Assembly: GCA_963804815.1 (NCBI GenBank)
Contig: CAWDRU010000002.1
Coordinates: forward strand, 450,754 to 514,753
Origin: Blastocatellia bacterium
GTDB lineage: Bacteria; Acidobacteriota; Blastocatellia; UBA7656
Length of the DNA stretch: 64,000 nt
Direction of reading: 5' to 3'
In this document: one piece after another, positions 60,357-64,000 of the stretch
Layout: the number at the start of each line of letters is the position of its first letter
Numbering within the stretch: position 1 is the first letter of the stretch
Notes under the pieces: model-generated
Databases searched by the model: none
What the model was told of the DNA's origin: nothing
Seen by the model: only the letters and a program-made list of their open reading frames with translations
Made by a program: the position numbers and the translations under genes

Positions 60357-61595
60357 ATGTTAGAACGTTCACGCTCGGCGCAGTACCGTGTTGCCGCCAC
60401 AGCCTTTCTCGCCCTCTTCTCAATCGTGGGATTCGCGCTGTACGGGCTGCCTTACTATTACAATTTATGGGTTGAAGAATTCGGCTGGTCGCGCACGCAG
60501 GTCACGTCGGGCAATGCGTTGAGCAAACTGCTGATCGGCCCCTTGTTCGGATTCATCGCCGGATGGGTTGTAGATCGGTTTGGCCCGCGCAGATTGATGC
60601 TGATCGGAATAGTGATGGGTGGCGGCGCGCTGATCGGATTGAGCAGTATGACAGCGCTATGGATGTTTTATCTCTTTTATATTTTCAACGCGCTCGGCTA
60701 TGTGTGCGGCGGGCCGTTGCCGAATCAGGTATTGCTGTCGCGGTGGTTCGATAAGTCGCGCGGCAAAGCTATGGGGTTTGCCTATGTGGGCATCGGAATC
60801 GGCGGAGCCGTTGCGCTGAAGCTGGCTCCTTTCCTGAACGAGGCATTCGGCTGGCGCGGCGGGCTGCGGGGACTTGGTATTTTGATGATCGTGCTGGCGC
60901 TGCCAATGGCTTACTTTGTAAAAGAGTCGCCGGAAGAGCAGACGGAAAAGAAAAAAGACGATCACGCGCTTGCCCCTATGAGCGGCGTCTTTCGCGCGCG
61001 CGCTTTTTATCTGCTCGCGCTTGGCAGTATGTGCTCAATCGGCGCGGTCGGCGGAACCAATCAACATCTCAAGCTGTTTCTCAGTAAGGATCAAAATTTC
61101 TCTGAAGTCGATGCTGCGAATATCATGTCGCTGGTGTTGACATTCAGTATAATCGGGCGATTGTTTATGGGATGGCTTGCTGATCGCATACCGAAGAAGC
61201 ACGTGATGCTGTTGATATATCTTCTGGTCGCCGCAGCCATACCCTTATTGTTTTTCGCTTCAACGCAGTCTGCGATCTACATATTCGCCGCCGTATTCGG
61301 GCTGGGGCTGGGCGGCGAGTATCTGATTATCCCTTTGATGGCAGCCGAGTTGTTCGGCGTTAAAGTGCTGGGGCGGCTGATGGGCATAATTCTGACCGCT
61401 GACGGAGTTGCGGAAGCCGTCTGCCCCATGCTGATCGGCTATCTGCGAGATCGCACGGGCAGCTATCAAACAGGATTTATAACGCTGATCGGCATAGCGT
61501 TGCTGGGCGCGCTTGCCGTGACCTTTTTATCTGGAAGAGGATTACCGGCGACGCCAGATGTTGCAGCAACGGCAAAACCTGTTGAAGCGGATTGA
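60357..61595 (+). CDS. MFS transporter
   Basis: 412 aa. 12 predicted TM helices. MFS motif GWVVDRFGPRRLMLIG. Confidence 0.85.
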   Translation: MLERSRSAQYRVAATAFLALFSIVGFALYGLPYYYNLWVEEFGWSRTQVTSGNALSKLLIGPLFGFIAGWVVDRFGPRRLMLIGIVMGGGALIGLSSMTALWMFYLFYIFNALGYVCGGPLPNQVLLSRWFDKSRGKAMGFAYVGIGIGGAVALKLAPFLNEAFGWRGGLRGLGILMIVLALPMAYFVKESPEEQTEKKKDDHALAPMSGVFRARAFYLLALGSMCSIGAVGGTNQHLKLFLSKDQNFSEVDAANIMSLVLTFSIIGRLFMGWLADRIPKKHVMLLIYLLVAAAIPLLFFASTQSAIYIFAAVFGLGLGGEYLIIPLMAAELFGVKVLGRLMGIILTADGVAEAVCPMLIGYLRDRTGSYQTGFITLIGIALLGALAVTFLSGRGLPATPDVAATAKPVEAD

Positions 61596-61604
61596 TAGAA
61601 AATT

Positions 61605-63071
61605 ATGACTTACCTGCACATCGGCAGCCTGCGCCACGCGGCGGACTTTAAGCGTTACCTGCGCGAGCACGAAATCGATATCCCCTGTGATGATGAGATG
61701 ATAACTGGTAGCAGTTCGCCGCTGGCCCAGCCGTTGCGCCTGAACGAGATCACGATTGGGAACCGATTTGCGATTCACCCGATGGAAGGATGGGACGCAA
61801 CGCTCGATGGCAGGCCGAGCGATCTGACCATCAGGCGCTGGCAAAACTTCGGGCGAAGCGGCGCGAAACTGATATGGGGCGGGGAAGCCGTCGCGGTTCT
61901 TCACGAAGGCCGCGCCAATCCAAATCAACTCTTAATCAACGAACGCACGCGCGATGATCTGGCACGCCTGCGCGACGTGTTGATTGCTGAGCATAAAAAA
62001 ACAACAGGCTCTGCGGATGATCTGCTTGTCGGTTTGCAACTGACGCATTCGGGCCGTTACAGTCGCCCGGATGCCAGTGGCCGCGCCGCGCCGCGCATAC
62101 TTTATCATCACCCCTTTCTCGACAGGCGATTAGGGCTGTCGAACGATTACCCCGTGCTTACAGACGGCGAGATTCGCCAGATCACAGGAGCGTTTCACCG
62201 GGCGGCGCAGATTGCTCGCGAGATCGGTTTTGATTTTGTGGATGTGAAACACTGTCACGGTTATCTGGGGCATGAGTTTTTGAGCGCACATGTGCGTGAT
62301 GGTGATTACGGTGGAAGCTTTGAAAATCGAACGCGCTTCCTGAGGGAGATTGTAGAAGGCATTCGCGCATACGCACAGGGTCTGGAAATCGGCGTGCGGC
62401 TTTCGGCGTTTGACCTTGTGCCGTTTCATCCGGCCCCTGATACTTCTGCGCCCGGCAAACCCGGCCCCGGCGTTCCCGAATCTTTTCAAGAGATGTTGCC
62501 TTATCGCTGGGGCTTCGGAGTGAACGTTGAAAACCCCGCCGAATATGATTTAACAGAGCCGGAGCGATTTCTGGCGCTGCTCGCTCAACTGGGAATCCAT
62601 CTCGTCAATCTTTCAGCCGGTTCGCCTTATTACAATCCTCACGTCCAGCGCCCGGCGTTGTTTCCGCCGTCGGATGGATACAGACCTCCCGAAGACCCTC
62701 TGGCGGGCGTTGCAAGACAGATGGCGGCGACGCGCATATTGAAAAAGCAGTTTCCGCAATTGCTGTTCGTCGGCACGGCCTACACATACTTGCAGGACTT
62801 CCTGCCCAACGTAGCGCAGGCAATCATTCGCGAAGGCTGGGCCGACAGTGTAGGATTGGGGCGCATGGCGCTGTCATATCCCGAACTACCCTGGCACGTG
62901 TTGCAGGATCGCCCGCTCGAACGAAAGCGCCTTTGCCGCACGTTCAGCGATTGCACGACCGCGCCGCGCAATGGATTGGTTTCGGGGTGTTATCCGCTCG
63001 ACGGACATTACAGGAATTCCGAAGCGGCTGAACAGTTGAAACAGATCAAGCTACGCTCGCGAAAAAAGTGA
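61605..63071 (+). CDS. NADH:flavin oxidoreductase / Old Yellow Enzyme family TIM-barrel protein
   Basis: 488 aa. OYE-like N-terminal barrel ([15 protein letters not shown]...; [10 protein letters not shown]; [15 protein letters not shown]). Confidence 0.75.
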   Translation: MTYLHIGSLRHAADFKRYLREHEIDIPCDDEMITGSSSPLAQPLRLNEITIGNRFAIHPMEGWDATLDGRPSDLTIRRWQNFGRSGAKLIWGGEAVAVLHEGRANPNQLLINERTRDDLARLRDVLIAEHKKTTGSADDLLVGLQLTHSGRYSRPDASGRAAPRILYHHPFLDRRLGLSNDYPVLTDGEIRQITGAFHRAAQIAREIGFDFVDVKHCHGYLGHEFLSAHVRDGDYGGSFENRTRFLREIVEGIRAYAQGLEIGVRLSAFDLVPFHPAPDTSAPGKPGPGVPESFQEMLPYRWGFGVNVENPAEYDLTEPERFLALLAQLGIHLVNLSAGSPYYNPHVQRPALFPPSDGYRPPEDPLAGVARQMAATRILKKQFPQLLFVGTAYTYLQDFLPNVAQAIIREGWADSVGLGRMALSYPELPWHVLQDRPLERKRLCRTFSDCTTAPRNGLVSGCYPLDGHYRNSEAAEQLKQIKLRSRKK

Positions 63072-63081
63072 GAACGCTCGG

Positions 63082-63873
63082 ATGAAAAAAAGACCTGTTG
63101 CATTTGTTACAGGCGCAAGCCGAGGCATAGGGCGCGCAATAGCCATCGAACTGGCAGCGCGCGGATATGACATTGCGGGCAGTTCTCGCGTCTTCGATTC
63201 GGAATCAAACGCAACCGGCATAGGTGAGGTCAAAGCGCGCGTCGAAGAACTGGGCGCGACTTTTCTGCCGCTTCAGGGAGATGTTTCCGTACTCGAAGAC
63301 CACGAGCGAATGATCGATGTGATACTGGAGAAGTTCGGGCAGATCGATCTTCTCGTCAACAATGCCGGTGTCGCGCCCGAACAACGATTAGACGTTCTTG
63401 AAACGACGCCCGCGAGCTTTGATCGAGTCCTGTCGATAAACCTGAGGGGGCCTTTCTTTTTGACTCAAGCTGTTGCCGCACGCATGATCGCTCATAAAAA
63501 ACAGCATCCCGAATCCAGACCGTGCATAATCTTCATCACCTCGGTTTCCGCTTATATGTCATCCCCCTCGCGTGCTGAATACTGTTTATCGAAAGCCGGG
63601 CTCAGCATACTCTCGGCTATTTTCGCTGATCGGTTATCGGAGTTCGGGATCAATGTCTACGAGATTCGACCGGGCATAATCAAGACGGATATGACAGCTC
63701 CCGTTGAAAGCAAGTACGACAAATTGATCGACGAAGGGTTGATACCTCAAAAGCGGTGGGGCACGCCGGAAGATGTCGGGAAGGCAGTCGCGATGCTTGC
63801 GAGCGGAGCCTTCGACTATTCGACAGGGCTGGTTGTAGAGGTGAGCGGAGGGATGAACATACGGAGACTTTGA
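63082..63873 (+). CDS. SDR family NAD(P)-dependent oxidoreductase
   Basis: TGASRGIGRAIA glycine motif, NNAG, and a catalytic S...YCLSKAG (YxxxK). Confidence 0.9.
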   Translation: MKKRPVAFVTGASRGIGRAIAIELAARGYDIAGSSRVFDSESNATGIGEVKARVEELGATFLPLQGDVSVLEDHERMIDVILEKFGQIDLLVNNAGVAPEQRLDVLETTPASFDRVLSINLRGPFFLTQAVAARMIAHKKQHPESRPCIIFITSVSAYMSSPSRAEYCLSKAGLSILSAIFADRLSEFGINVYEIRPGIIKTDMTAPVESKYDKLIDEGLIPQKRWGTPEDVGKAVAMLASGAFDYSTGLVVEVSGGMNIRRL

Positions 63874-63879
63874 CGCGCG

Positions 63880-64000
63880 ATGAAGATCGAACGAGACATC
63901 GATGAGAAGACGCTGCATCTGAAACTTGAACGGGCATTCGGTTTCGGAGTCGCTCAGCTGGAAAAGACGCTCGCCAAATGGCCGAGCACGCGTGCGGCCC
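63880..64000 (+). CDS. hypothetical protein, 5-prime partial at window edge
   Basis: An ATG at 63880 opens a reading frame (MKIERDIDEKTLHLKLERAFGFGVAQLEKTLAKW...) that runs to the end of the window. Confidence 0.3.
   Translation, partial: MKIERDIDEKTLHLKLERAFGFGVAQLEKTLAKWPSTRAA

Overview
This is a 64-kb window of high-GC bacterial chromosome. Most genes have AGGAGG-type ribosome-binding sites. Gene content looks Acidobacteria-like: a TonB-dependent receptor with an N-terminal carboxypeptidase-regulatory-like domain, Gfo/Idh/MocA oxidoreductases with twin-arginine signals, and a DevBCA-type efflux system. This taxon call is inference only.

Layout, start to end:
(1) Divergent NIPSNAP and HxlR-regulator genes, a hypothetical secreted protein, and tRNA-Leu(GAG).
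(2) The conserved gap-pgk-tpiA-secG glycolytic operon on the minus strand.
(3) A DHH/DHHA1 phosphoesterase gene, followed by a minus-strand operon of thiolase, two paralogous zinc-ribbon rhomboid proteases and 3-hydroxybutyryl-CoA dehydrogenase.
(4) A structured palindromic element about 250 bp long in the divergent promoter region.
(5) Two tandem 1799-aa secreted proteins, each carrying a subtilase-like (S8) domain plus a C-terminal gingipain-like (C25) cysteine-protease domain. Their 3-prime 2.5 kb are about 98 percent identical while their 5-prime halves have diverged. An S41 C-terminal processing protease and a TPR-CHAT protein follow.
(6) A TetR regulator with TTAACA-c-TGTTAA operators, and a DevC/DevA/DevB-like ABC efflux pump with TolC.
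(7) An L-rhamnose utilisation island: fused rhamnulose-1-P aldolase/SDR, an L-rhamnose isomerase with a xylose-isomerase-like fold, GH78 alpha-L-rhamnosidase, rhamnulokinase and an RhaT/P/Q-S ABC transporter. Here the solute-binding protein is fused to a permease. The 3-prime end of rhaI is interrupted by an insertion of about 610 bp carrying a single-ORF BrnT-BrnA toxin-antitoxin fusion, flanked by 107-bp direct repeats.
(8) A small minus-strand gene encoding a full-length homologue of the animal Hedgehog N-terminal signalling domain (HhN, a zinc DD-peptidase fold).
(9) A TonB-dependent receptor followed by a 142-bp MITE-like element with 16-bp terminal inverted repeats and 11-bp flanking direct repeats.
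(10) ApbE, DoxX, two Tat-signal Gfo/Idh/MocA oxidoreductases, a secreted DUF protein, an MFS transporter, an Old-Yellow-Enzyme-like flavin oxidoreductase and an SDR gene.

No rRNA or CRISPR array was seen. Most other six-frame ORFs are antisense shadows typical of high-GC DNA.

Caveat on coordinates: the displayed sequence and the ORF track disagree by one base at a couple of line breaks (for example near 23940 and 24060). CDS coordinates therefore follow the ORF track, with starts refined by codon arithmetic.
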